Assembly: GCA_963770935.1 (NCBI GenBank) | Contig: CAVYRJ010000007.1 | Coordinates: 32,001 to 96,000 of the forward strand | Length of the DNA: 64,000 nt | Direction: 5' to 3' | DNA from: Candidatus Bathyarchaeota archaeon | GTDB lineage: Archaea; Thermoproteota; Bathyarchaeia; Bathyarchaeales; Bathycorpusculaceae | Shown: one piece after another, positions 51,464 to 59,873 of the stretch | Position numbering within the stretch: position 1 is the first letter of the stretch | How the letters are laid out: every line of letters begins with the position of its first letter | The notes under the pieces: generated by a model | Seen by the model: the letters and a program-made list of their open reading frames with translations, nothing else | Told to the model about the DNA's origin: nothing | Database searches by the model: none | Program-made: the position numbers and the translations under genes

Positions 51464-52138
51464 ATGGGACAGTGCTGGGTCATTTGCAAAAAAACATTCA
51501 GCGTCACCTTAGTTTTTAATGCACTTTTATCCATCGGTTGCGCAATGGGCATCCTCTCAGGTCTCTACTGGCGCTACCAGAATTGGCAGCCATTTTCCCC
51601 CTACCTTGTCAGCGCTAGCGTTTTTTGGGTTCTGATCGTTGCTGCAGTTATTAACATTTTTCCAAGCGCGGGACTCGGGCGCTCCCTACACACCGGTAGG
51701 TTGTTCTTTCACCATTATTTCTACGGCTTTCTAGTTTTACTTTTCTCAGCAGCTTACATCATTTTCTTCACGCCTGTGTCTTTGTTTAACATCTTTTTTG
51801 TAAACGACACCAGCGTGTCAGTTAACGTTGGCAGGGTTTTCTTGCTGGGTGGAGGTGCTCTGGTTTTAGATGACCTTCCAGATGTTCATGGAAGAATTGA
51901 TTCATTCCTCTGTTGGCTAAAAACTAAAGCTGGGCAAGGCGGAAAAATAATCTCTGCATTGCAACTGATAACTGGCGCAGTCTCGTTCTACCTCTTTGTC
52001 GCAATCACTCTGGCTATGAATCAAGATTCCTCGTACATTACCATAGCTAACTTAGTCGTACTTGTTTCCGTGTTCATAACGAGTATTACCTCACTCATTT
52101 TTTTTAAAAGAAAAATATGGCTAAAAATTCAGTGCTAA
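51464..52138 (+). CDS. 6-TM membrane protein of unknown function
   Basis: TM pattern; LHTGRLFFHHYFYG and LVLDDLPD; GAGG RBS. Confidence 0.7.
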   Translation: MGQCWVICKKTFSVTLVFNALLSIGCAMGILSGLYWRYQNWQPFSPYLVSASVFWVLIVAAVINIFPSAGLGRSLHTGRLFFHHYFYGFLVLLFSAAYIIFFTPVSLFNIFFVNDTSVSVNVGRVFLLGGGALVLDDLPDVHGRIDSFLCWLKTKAGQGGKIISALQLITGAVSFYLFVAITLAMNQDSSYITIANLVVLVSVFITSITSLIFFKRKIWLKIQC

Positions 52139-52224
52139 ATACTTAACATCCCCCACTTGTCAGGCGTTCTCGCAATAACAAATTTCATATACAAGCCCAA
52201 TAATGTAAAACGAGGTGCAAACTA

Positions 52225-53295
52225 ATGGTTAACGATTCATATTTCCAAAAGAAACTTGAACCGATCAGGGTTACAAAACAGAAACCGATTTCACAGCTTT
52301 TAAAAGAAATGGGCAAAACTGCTTATCAAGGACGCAAACTAGGCGAAGCCGTTGACGTTTGGGAGAATATGATTAATTCAAAAGACACCGTAATTGCCAT
52401 GGGTTTTGCGGGTTCCATGAGCACAGCGGGTCAATGGACAATTATTAATTGGCTTATGGAAAACCGTTTCATCGACGTGCTGGTCTCCACGGGCGCTAAC
52501 GTTAGCGAAGACATCGTTGACGCAATGGGTTTGGGTTACTGGCAGGGAAGTCACATGGTAGACGACGCGACGCTCCTCAAAGATGACGTGAACAGGTACT
52601 ACGATGTTTACGGAAAAGAAACTGATTACCGTAAAATGGAAGAATTAGTCACAGACTTTGTCATGACTTGTAAAACCGAATACAACTATACGTCAGCGGA
52701 ATTTCTCTATTTACTCGGCAAATACCTTGGCAAGAAAAAAATTCCCGCCATCTCCGCAGTTGCCGCAGCCAATGGTGTCCCAATCTTTAGTCCAGCTATG
52801 GTTGACAGCGCATATGGCGAAACCTTCCTTTTAGCCAAAAACCAAGGACACACCGTCCACATTGACTCTGTCAAGGAATTTGACCAGTTCGTCAGCATTG
52901 GCACAAAGACTAAGGAAGTCGGTGTTGTCTACATCGGCGGCGGAGTCCCCAAAGACCTGACCCAACTAATCGCCATATCCGTCTCGCCGATGACCTGCGA
53001 CCAAGGCGTCAAAGGCAGAAAAGGCGGCTTACGCAAAAGCCTACAAGAATACTACTACCCCCACAAATACGCAATCCAAATCACTACCGACTCTCCGCAG
53101 TGGGGCGGATTAAGTGGATGCACACTGGAAGAAGCAATCAGCTGGGGAAAAATTAACAGCCAAACCGGCACTCGAGCAGTCTGCTATTGTGACGCAACCA
53201 TCGCATTACCCCTCATCTGCCACGCACTCGCTGAGCGTGTACCTGAGAAACGAAAGGGGCCAGACATGAGTTGGCTGTTTAAAGACGTCCAATAA
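52225..53295 (+). CDS. deoxyhypusine synthase-like paralog (homospermidine synthase/SpeY-like)
   Basis: STGAN, IGGGVPKD, QITTDSPQWGGLSGCTLEEAISWGK and DATIALP. Confidence 0.88.
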   Translation: MVNDSYFQKKLEPIRVTKQKPISQLLKEMGKTAYQGRKLGEAVDVWENMINSKDTVIAMGFAGSMSTAGQWTIINWLMENRFIDVLVSTGANVSEDIVDAMGLGYWQGSHMVDDATLLKDDVNRYYDVYGKETDYRKMEELVTDFVMTCKTEYNYTSAEFLYLLGKYLGKKKIPAISAVAAANGVPIFSPAMVDSAYGETFLLAKNQGHTVHIDSVKEFDQFVSIGTKTKEVGVVYIGGGVPKDLTQLIAISVSPMTCDQGVKGRKGGLRKSLQEYYYPHKYAIQITTDSPQWGGLSGCTLEEAISWGKINSQTGTRAVCYCDATIALPLICHALAERVPEKRKGPDMSWLFKDVQ

Positions 53296-53309
53296 ACGCC
53301 TTATCTTTC

Positions 53310-54269
53310 TTATTTTTTCTTTTTACTTAACCTTGTTAAGAGCGAGCTTGTCATTATTGGCATTACTACGGTGGCGTCGCCTTCTATCATGATTCTTTTT
53401 GCTTTTTCGCTGATTTTTCCCCATGAAACTGCTTCGCGTGGTCTTGCGCCGCTTAGGCTTCCATCCCATTCATCTGCGGTGCTAATGTAGACCACAAAGT
53501 CTAAGCCGTCTTTGAATTGGTTCCACCAAATCGTGTGGTGCTTGCTGATGCCGCCGCCAACGATGAGGGCGCCGCTTTTCTTAGCGTCGAAAACGATATT
53601 GTTGAGGTCGCCTTCGTCTTTAAGCAGGTTAATCCTGAAATCCTTGTGATCTTGGCTGAAGAACCATAATTGGTAGCCTACTGAGCCGTCAGTTATGCCT
53701 GGCACGAAAACTGGTATGTTGTTTTTAGCTGCCCAGTAAAGAATTGAGCTTTCATTGCAGCAGCGTAAGCCGATTTCGCGGCAGAGTTCAGTGGTTGAAA
53801 ATTCTTTTTTGCCTTCTTTATAGAGGTCTTCAAGCATGCCGATGATTTTCTTTTCGATGATAACGCCATAGCTGTCGTTTGGCACAAGCACATTACCTAA
53901 GCGGTTTAATCCTTCTTGGTGCAGTTTGGAATCGTTCATGATGAAGCTGCCCTTGTAGTAGTCTTTCCAGCAACGGGCAACATCATGGTCTAAAGTGCCG
54001 CATGTAGTGATTAAGATGTCAACAAGACTGCGTTTAACCAGCTCTTTAATTACGCCTCGCGTACCAGTCGCACATATGTCTGCCGGGAAGGAGAGGAACT
54101 TGACACAGCCCTTTGAATTAATCATAGATTCCATGATGCTTACGCCTACAGCAAGCTTTCCTGCGGTGAAACCCCACGCAGCATCCATCTGGCTAACGAG
54201 TTCATCTACTGACATTTTCTCTGTGAACTGGTAATCTTTCACGGCTACTTTATGTGCTTCTTTAGGCAT
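53310..54269 (-). CDS. dys: deoxyhypusine synthase (canonical archaeal type)
   Basis: GFTAG, NRLGNVLVP, TDGSVG, GGGISKHH and DGSLSGARPREAVSWGK. Confidence 0.93.
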   Translation of the reverse strand: MPKEAHKVAVKDYQFTEKMSVDELVSQMDAAWGFTAGKLAVGVSIMESMINSKGCVKFLSFPADICATGTRGVIKELVKRSLVDILITTCGTLDHDVARCWKDYYKGSFIMNDSKLHQEGLNRLGNVLVPNDSYGVIIEKKIIGMLEDLYKEGKKEFSTTELCREIGLRCCNESSILYWAAKNNIPVFVPGITDGSVGYQLWFFSQDHKDFRINLLKDEGDLNNIVFDAKKSGALIVGGGISKHHTIWWNQFKDGLDFVVYISTADEWDGSLSGARPREAVSWGKISEKAKRIMIEGDATVVMPIMTSSLLTRLSKKKK

Positions 54270-54329
54270 ACAACTGACTCCTACACCTGTTTAAGAAACA
54301 TAAAATAAATAGGTGTCGAAACAGCGGCG

Positions 54330-55220
54330 CTACTCTGAAAGATAACTGATGATGCGTTGGTAGATGTCTTTGTCGCTGGAGTCTTCGTAGCCTGCGTAGA
54401 TGCTTGGGTTATCGTTAACTTCGACGACCACGTAGTCGCCGTTGACTTCTTTGATGTCCACGCCATAGAGTCCCTTGCCGACAACATTGCACGCTTTCAA
54501 AGCTACTTCCCGGAGTCTCGCAGGCATGTCCCTTTTCTGTGAACTTACAGTTCTGCCCCAAATCACAGTTGGTTTGCCGCGAAGTTTGGCGCCATGCTTC
54601 CATTTGCCCTTAGGAATCATATATTTGCAGACATACAGCACATCGTTGTTTAGGACGCCAACTCTCCAGTCAAACGCTGTCGGCGTAAACTTTTGGATGG
54701 CTAAAACATCAGATTTCTTAAAGAACCGCTTGGCAACCTCACGAAAACTAGTTTCACAAGCAGCTTTTTCCACATAACGGGAGAAACTAGTGTATGGAGC
54801 CTTTATGACAACTGGTTTTCCGAGCTCTTCAAAGATGTCATTGATCTTTTTGCGGTGCAAATCATCCTTATTTAAGAACACAGTGGGAATGTGTGGAACA
54901 TTGTACTTTTCGAAGAGTGCATATTGGTGGATTTTGTTGCCGCATACCGTGATGGATTCGGGGTCGTCGATGACTTTTATGCCTAGTTCCCACGCGGTTT
55001 TGGAAACCACATAAGCCGTGTTTAGGGGGTCTGTTGTTGCCCTGATGAAGACGGAATCGTATTTTGGCACGTCAGAAATGTTTTCGCGGAATAGGAAGTT
55101 GAATTGGTTGCCTGATTTTTCAGCTGCTAATTTGAAGTTGGCAAGCGCGCCTTCCTCACGGGGATCAGTAAAATTATATTTCTCAACAAAACAAGCGATC
55201 TTAGACACCGAAGGGTACAC
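54330..55220 (-). CDS. RimK-like ATP-grasp ligase
   Basis: FIRATT, VIDDPESI..CGNK, VIKAP..SFS, FDWRVGVL, GLYGVDIK and EVNDNPS. Confidence 0.9.
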   Translation of the reverse strand: MYPSVSKIACFVEKYNFTDPREEGALANFKLAAEKSGNQFNFLFRENISDVPKYDSVFIRATTDPLNTAYVVSKTAWELGIKVIDDPESITVCGNKIHQYALFEKYNVPHIPTVFLNKDDLHRKKINDIFEELGKPVVIKAPYTSFSRYVEKAACETSFREVAKRFFKKSDVLAIQKFTPTAFDWRVGVLNNDVLYVCKYMIPKGKWKHGAKLRGKPTVIWGRTVSSQKRDMPARLREVALKACNVVGKGLYGVDIKEVNGDYVVVEVNDNPSIYAGYEDSSDKDIYQRIISYLSE

Positions 55221-55902
55221 CCTGCTCAGAAATGAGCAAAACCTCTTTGGATATTATTTGCAAGTCCTGTTCGGAAAGCTCCTCTTTCTCTACGGGTTGC
55301 AGCCCACACAAATAAGCTTTATCTACAGTTTTTTGTATGTGAAGTTTGCAAATTGGGATTTTGAAAGTTACAAACACCTTTTTGGCGATTGATTCTGTCT
55401 CTGGATCAGCGCCTGCAACCTTGCCAAAGAAGCTTTTAACAGTTAACACTTCACCCTTAAGTGGTTGAGCGCAAACAGCGAATTTATAATTCATCCCTAA
55501 GCTTTTCATAGCGCGATAGAGTGCGCTTTTGTTCTGGGCAATTTTGAAGCCATCGTAAATGAATGGGTTAACCGCGAACAAAATTACTGGTAAACCAAGC
55601 TCCGTAATGATTTTTTTAACTGAATCGGTGACGAGGTTGGGCAATGTTGGCACCCCCGCCTTCGCCGCACGGAGTAGAAGTAATGGGGTTCGGCTGGAAT
55701 CGATAATATTTTCGCATGATGGGACAACACGGTTGCCTAAAATCTCCGCGTGCATAGATACATAATAACCCGCTTTCATGTAGCGATATTCATTGCTGAT
55801 GTTGAGCGTTGGTTCTTTGATTGTGGATTCTAAAAACGATGCAGGTTTTATTACTCGTAGATTAGCTGTTAGGTCGATGTTTGAGACGACCAACACGGTC
55901 AT
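55201..55902 (-). CDS. RimK-like ATP-grasp N-terminal (RLAN) domain protein
   Basis: LNISNEYRYMKAGYYVSMHAE..G..V.P RLAN signature; overlaps the ATP-grasp gene. Confidence 0.8.
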   Translation of the reverse strand: MTVLVVSNIDLTANLRVIKPASFLESTIKEPTLNISNEYRYMKAGYYVSMHAEILGNRVVPSCENIIDSSRTPLLLLRAAKAGVPTLPNLVTDSVKKIITELGLPVILFAVNPFIYDGFKIAQNKSALYRAMKSLGMNYKFAVCAQPLKGEVLTVKSFFGKVAGADPETESIAKKVFVTFKIPICKLHIQKTVDKAYLCGLQPVEKEELSEQDLQIISKEVLLISEQGVPFGV

Positions 55903-56000
55903 GAGACACCAGGTAATTGAAAGGCGTTATTCGTGCAGTTATATTTAAAATTAACTATTAATATATCAGCATCTCAAGTTAACGCTGAACAAAAAAAGGG

Positions 56001-57197
56001 GCAAAAACAACGTATAAACCGCTAGAAGTCCTCGGACCAGAACACGAATACTCGCTGGTCGACAAAGATCTGAAAGTTTTGCCAATCGCCAACAAAATCA
56101 TCAAGGGCTATTGTGGGAGGATCATAAACTTCATTGAACTTCCCAAGTTTACATTTGGAAAAGAAATGCAACTTCACGTTATGGAAATCAAAGCTAACAC
56201 CCCATTCAAAACGCCCACAGAATTTGAAGAAACCATGCAAGTCGCCGTAGAAACCCTCAGTCAAATAATACAAAAACACGGCGCTATGCTGCTTGGAACA
56301 GGCATGCACCCGCAAATGAACCTCAAAGACACTGAAATCTGGCCTCACTACCACAGAAAAATCTACCGGCAATACGGCAAACTCTTTAACCTAAACCAGC
56401 ATGGATGGCTAAACATACAGAGCTTCCATTTGAATTTGCCTTTCGAAAAAGAAGCTGATGCTATCCCAATCCACAACCAACTCGCCAACCTATGCGCTTA
56501 CTTGCCCGCGATTTCTGCTTCCTCGCCAATCTTTGAAGGCAAAAAAGGATCCGACATTGACAACCGATTACAATTCTACAAAGTAAACCAGAAAGAGGTC
56601 CCTTCCGTAACGGGCGAAGTCATTCCCGAATATACTTCTTCACTTAATCAGTACAAGCGTGATGTAATTGGGCGGTATTCAATGGATTTGGAGAGTGCAG
56701 GTGCAGACAAAACCCTGCTGCATCGGGAATGGGTTAATTCGCGAGGTGTGATTTTCCGTTTTGACCGCCGCGCTCTCGAAGTTAGGGTGATAGATGAGCA
56801 GGAATGCGTTAAGTTGGATGTGGCGCTGGCATGTTTTGTGCGGGCTGCCCTCAGAGGTTTGATTGCGTCAAACGCAGAGCTTCTCCCTCATGATGTTTTA
56901 GTCAAAGACTTAAACGCGGTTATCAAGGATGGGCTTTATGCTAAAGTTTTAAGTCCAAATGGTAGGTCTGCGCGGGAGGTGTGCCGATTCTATCTCAAAT
57001 TAGCTCTTGAGTATTCGGAGGATGATGAGAAAAAGTACTTGTGGCTAGTTGAGAAGCGGATTGAGGAAGGTAGCCTCTCTGAACTTATACGGGTAGACGT
57101 TTCTAAGCGCGCCCAAAAAACAGATTTCCATGAGGGCATCATAGATGTTTATTCAAGGCTTATTAAGTGCCTCTCCGATAATCAACCCTACTTTTAG
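56001..57197 (+). CDS. glutamate--cysteine ligase family 2 (GCS2) carboxylate-amine ligase; start codon unresolved
   Basis: In-frame GPEHEYSLVD upstream of the called ORF; EMQLHVMEIK, GTGMHP, HGWLNIQSFHLN, SASSP, NSRG..RFDR.ALEVRVIDEQEC. Confidence 0.85.
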   Translation, partial: AKTTYKPLEVLGPEHEYSLVDKDLKVLPIANKIIKGYCGRIINFIELPKFTFGKEMQLHVMEIKANTPFKTPTEFEETMQVAVETLSQIIQKHGAMLLGTGMHPQMNLKDTEIWPHYHRKIYRQYGKLFNLNQHGWLNIQSFHLNLPFEKEADAIPIHNQLANLCAYLPAISASSPIFEGKKGSDIDNRLQFYKVNQKEVPSVTGEVIPEYTSSLNQYKRDVIGRYSMDLESAGADKTLLHREWVNSRGVIFRFDRRALEVRVIDEQECVKLDVALACFVRAALRGLIASNAELLPHDVLVKDLNAVIKDGLYAKVLSPNGRSAREVCRFYLKLALEYSEDDEKKYLWLVEKRIEEGSLSELIRVDVSKRAQKTDFHEGIIDVYSRLIKCLSDNQPYF

Positions 57198-57205
57198 GTG
57201 CCCCA

Positions 57206-57748
57206 ATGCCAGAAGACAATAATGGAACAACGTACTCGTTTGATGTTTGTGGTCAATGTAGAAGCATATGTTGCCAAGACGCCAAACCGCCTCTAACTGA
57301 AAACCGAAAACAAATCATCCAAGAATATCTAAAGAAACAAAGTATCAAAATAGCGCAACCCTTTACCAAAAACGACTATTCTTACCCAACTGTCGATGAA
57401 GAAATTTACTGCCGTTTATTTAACAAAAAAACAGGCAAATGTATAGTGCATCTCGTTAAGCCGGAAACATGCGTTTCTGGGCCAATAACATTCGACATCA
57501 ACTTCAAAACCAAGAAGGTTGAGTGGTTTTTGAAGAATTCAGATCTCTGCGCTTACGCAGGAATCCTATACAAAGACAAAGCCGCTTTCATGGATCATTT
57601 TGAAGTGGCAAAGAAACAAATAACCGCGTTAATCAAACGGTTGAGTGCCGATGAGTTGAGGGCAATTGTCAAAATCGATGAGCCCCATACGTTCAAGGTC
57701 GGCGAAGACAATTTGTCTCCTGAAGTAGTTAGAAAGCTTGGATTATAG
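57206..57748 (+). CDS. YkgJ-family cysteine-cluster protein
   Basis: CGQC...CC, C.LF....GKC.VH..KPETC..GP. Confidence 0.8.
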   Translation: MPEDNNGTTYSFDVCGQCRSICCQDAKPPLTENRKQIIQEYLKKQSIKIAQPFTKNDYSYPTVDEEIYCRLFNKKTGKCIVHLVKPETCVSGPITFDINFKTKKVEWFLKNSDLCAYAGILYKDKAAFMDHFEVAKKQITALIKRLSADELRAIVKIDEPHTFKVGEDNLSPEVVRKLGL

Positions 57749-58075
57749 AAAGCCAGCATCCCTTAGTTTAAGTGCCACAGCAATGTTACCTTTAAATTGG
57801 ACTCTTCCAGTGAAGAAGGCTTTTTCTGCGCTAATTTTCTTATTTATTAGATCCATGAAGTCGTTTTCATTCATCTTCAAAGTTAGAGATGGAGTTGGGT
57901 TTGTTCCTTCTTTTACATCAAGTTTCTGGTCTTTTATAGTAATTATCCAGCTGCCTCCCTCAAGGCCCGTTACGTTTATTTGAGCTACAACGTCGATGCC
58001 AGCTGCTTTTTCTGGTTTAAACCTTGCGGGTAAAGTTTTATCGAAGAAATCTTTGGGTGTTTGTGTCTCCATCAT
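57743..58075 (-). CDS. SCP2 sterol-binding domain protein
   Basis: F.PEKAAG, GGSW, AFFTGRVQFKGNIAVALKL. Confidence 0.85.
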   Translation of the reverse strand: MMETQTPKDFFDKTLPARFKPEKAAGIDVVAQINVTGLEGGSWIITIKDQKLDVKEGTNPTPSLTLKMNENDFMDLINKKISAEKAFFTGRVQFKGNIAVALKLRDAGFL

Positions 58076-58134
58076 TTCAGCCTTTTGATTTTCAGCTATT
58101 TTATGCAGTTGGGTTATTGAACGTTTGGTTATCT

Positions 58135-58893
58135 CTATCTGAAGAGGTCTCTTTCTTTTACTCTAGTAAGCGATGTTGCTGATGCGTTTTCGTCCGGTTG
58201 ATAGTTGTATCCTCTGATGATGGCGGCTGGGATGCCTTCGTTTGCCTGGCCAATTACAAGTTCAGCAGCTGACGAAAGTTCGTCTGCAATCGCAGTTTGT
58301 TTAATTTTGAGAACATAGCCAAAGAGGTCTTTTTCACCGCGCCTATCCCGTATAGGTTTGAATCCTGCAACGCCAACCGCTATGTTAATCTCGCCTAACC
58401 TAAATGGTCTGCCATGAGTGTCAGAAACAATAACTGCCACATCCGCACCCGTTAAACGTTTGATTTCTTTTCTGATGTTTTCCGCCGAAGCACTTGGGTT
58501 CTTGGGTAAAGGCACCACATTTCTGTCACCAGAAACATTTGATTTATCTACGCCAGCGTTGGCGCAAATTATACCGCTGACGGTCTCTGTTATGATGCTG
58601 TTTTGACCTATTCGCACGATGTCTTTGGTTTCCTGTAAAATTACTTCAACCAATGATGGGTCTTTATTGGTTTTCTGCGCAATTTCCTTTGCTCTTTCCG
58701 AGGGCGTGACTTGGTCTAGGTTGATTATGTTTCCTTCCGCCTTCGAAACTACGACATGCGTAACTACGATAACGTCTTTAACTTGGATTGGGGTGTTCTG
58801 TTTTTTTGCCGCATCAACAATGAGCTTGCCTAAGTTGTCTCCTTTCTTTATTAACGGTAAATTCTCAACAGCGAATACTTGAATAGGATTCAC
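58135..58893 (-). CDS. cofE: coenzyme F420-0:L-glutamate ligase
   Basis: VVSKAEG, CANAGVDKSN, SDTHGRPFR.G, DLFG, ADELSSAA and DLFR. Confidence 0.94.
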   Translation of the reverse strand: MNPIQVFAVENLPLIKKGDNLGKLIVDAAKKQNTPIQVKDVIVVTHVVVSKAEGNIINLDQVTPSERAKEIAQKTNKDPSLVEVILQETKDIVRIGQNSIITETVSGIICANAGVDKSNVSGDRNVVPLPKNPSASAENIRKEIKRLTGADVAVIVSDTHGRPFRLGEINIAVGVAGFKPIRDRRGEKDLFGYVLKIKQTAIADELSSAAELVIGQANEGIPAAIIRGYNYQPDENASATSLTRVKERDLFR

Positions 58894-59032
58894 GCGTTTT
58901 GCCTCTTTTCTTAGGTTGCTAATTAAGCGATAGAACTTAAGTTTATCTTTGCCAAAAATTTAGAAAACAAAAAACTAAAAAAAGAATAGTTTGGAAAATT
59001 GTAGAGACCAAAAAGGTCTCTGATTTAGTTGT

Positions 59033-59758
59033 TTAGCTTCGGAACTTCTGCAGTTTTTGCAGCATCAGTTTGTCGCCTTCAGCGTCACCTGCGCATGTTG
59101 CAATGATGCCGTCGACGAGTCCGACAAGTTGTGATGCTTTCTCTTCCACTGTTTCCATTGTTGCAGCAGTTGGCCAGCCAATCATTTTGACTGTTTCGAC
59201 GTTTTTCGCTGTTCCGACTAGGAAGTATGCGAAGAGTGGCTTGTTAAGTTTTTTGCATTCTGCTGATACTGCTTTTAGTGCTTCAAATGATGAGTCTTCA
59301 AGGCGCATGAAGTATACGAAGTCCCATGGTTCGCGTACTCGTTGAAGTGTGTTTTCAATTGATTGTCTTGCTGTTAGTAGGCATCCGAGTTTTAGGTTTT
59401 TGGTCTTTACATTAGTGCGGATAAAGTCTCTTGCTGCTTCGGATGAAGGAAGCATTTTGATGGGTTCACCGTATTTGGGTTTGTCTCCCATTGTGACTGC
59501 TAAGCCGTCTAATCCGACGATGTCGGATGCTAAAGCTAAGCCTCCTACTTCAACTGGGCCTTTATAGTGTAGAATGAAGATTGGGACGACATATTTTTCT
59601 GGGTACTTGTATTTGAGTAAGCAGCTTACTACTACACCGCTTGGAGCAGGGAAACCTGCTGCGCTGTCAGTTACGTTCCATCCATCGACTAGGTCTTTAA
59701 GTTCTTCGGCAAGCTTTAAGAATTTACGTGTTGGCACAAACTCGTTTAGTATTTTCAT
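59033..59758 (-). CDS. methylenetetrahydrofolate reductase (MetF)-like flavoprotein, divergent
   Basis: N-terminal EFVP, VDGWNVTDS and LAVTMGD.PK.G match MetF barrel strands; C-terminal half poorly recognisable. Confidence 0.55.
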   Translation of the reverse strand: MKILNEFVPTRKFLKLAEELKDLVDGWNVTDSAAGFPAPSGVVVSCLLKYKYPEKYVVPIFILHYKGPVEVGGLALASDIVGLDGLAVTMGDKPKYGEPIKMLPSSEAARDFIRTNVKTKNLKLGCLLTARQSIENTLQRVREPWDFVYFMRLEDSSFEALKAVSAECKKLNKPLFAYFLVGTAKNVETVKMIGWPTAATMETVEEKASQLVGLVDGIIATCAGDAEGDKLMLQKLQKFRS

Positions 59759-59873
59759 GGAGATTTCATCTCAGCTTAAAGGGTGAGATGTTTGGGTTAA
59801 AAAGCCTTTTGCATACGAAAGGTTTAGCTTTCAAGTTTAACGCTTTCTCCTTAAGTGTAATCAAAAACAACTG

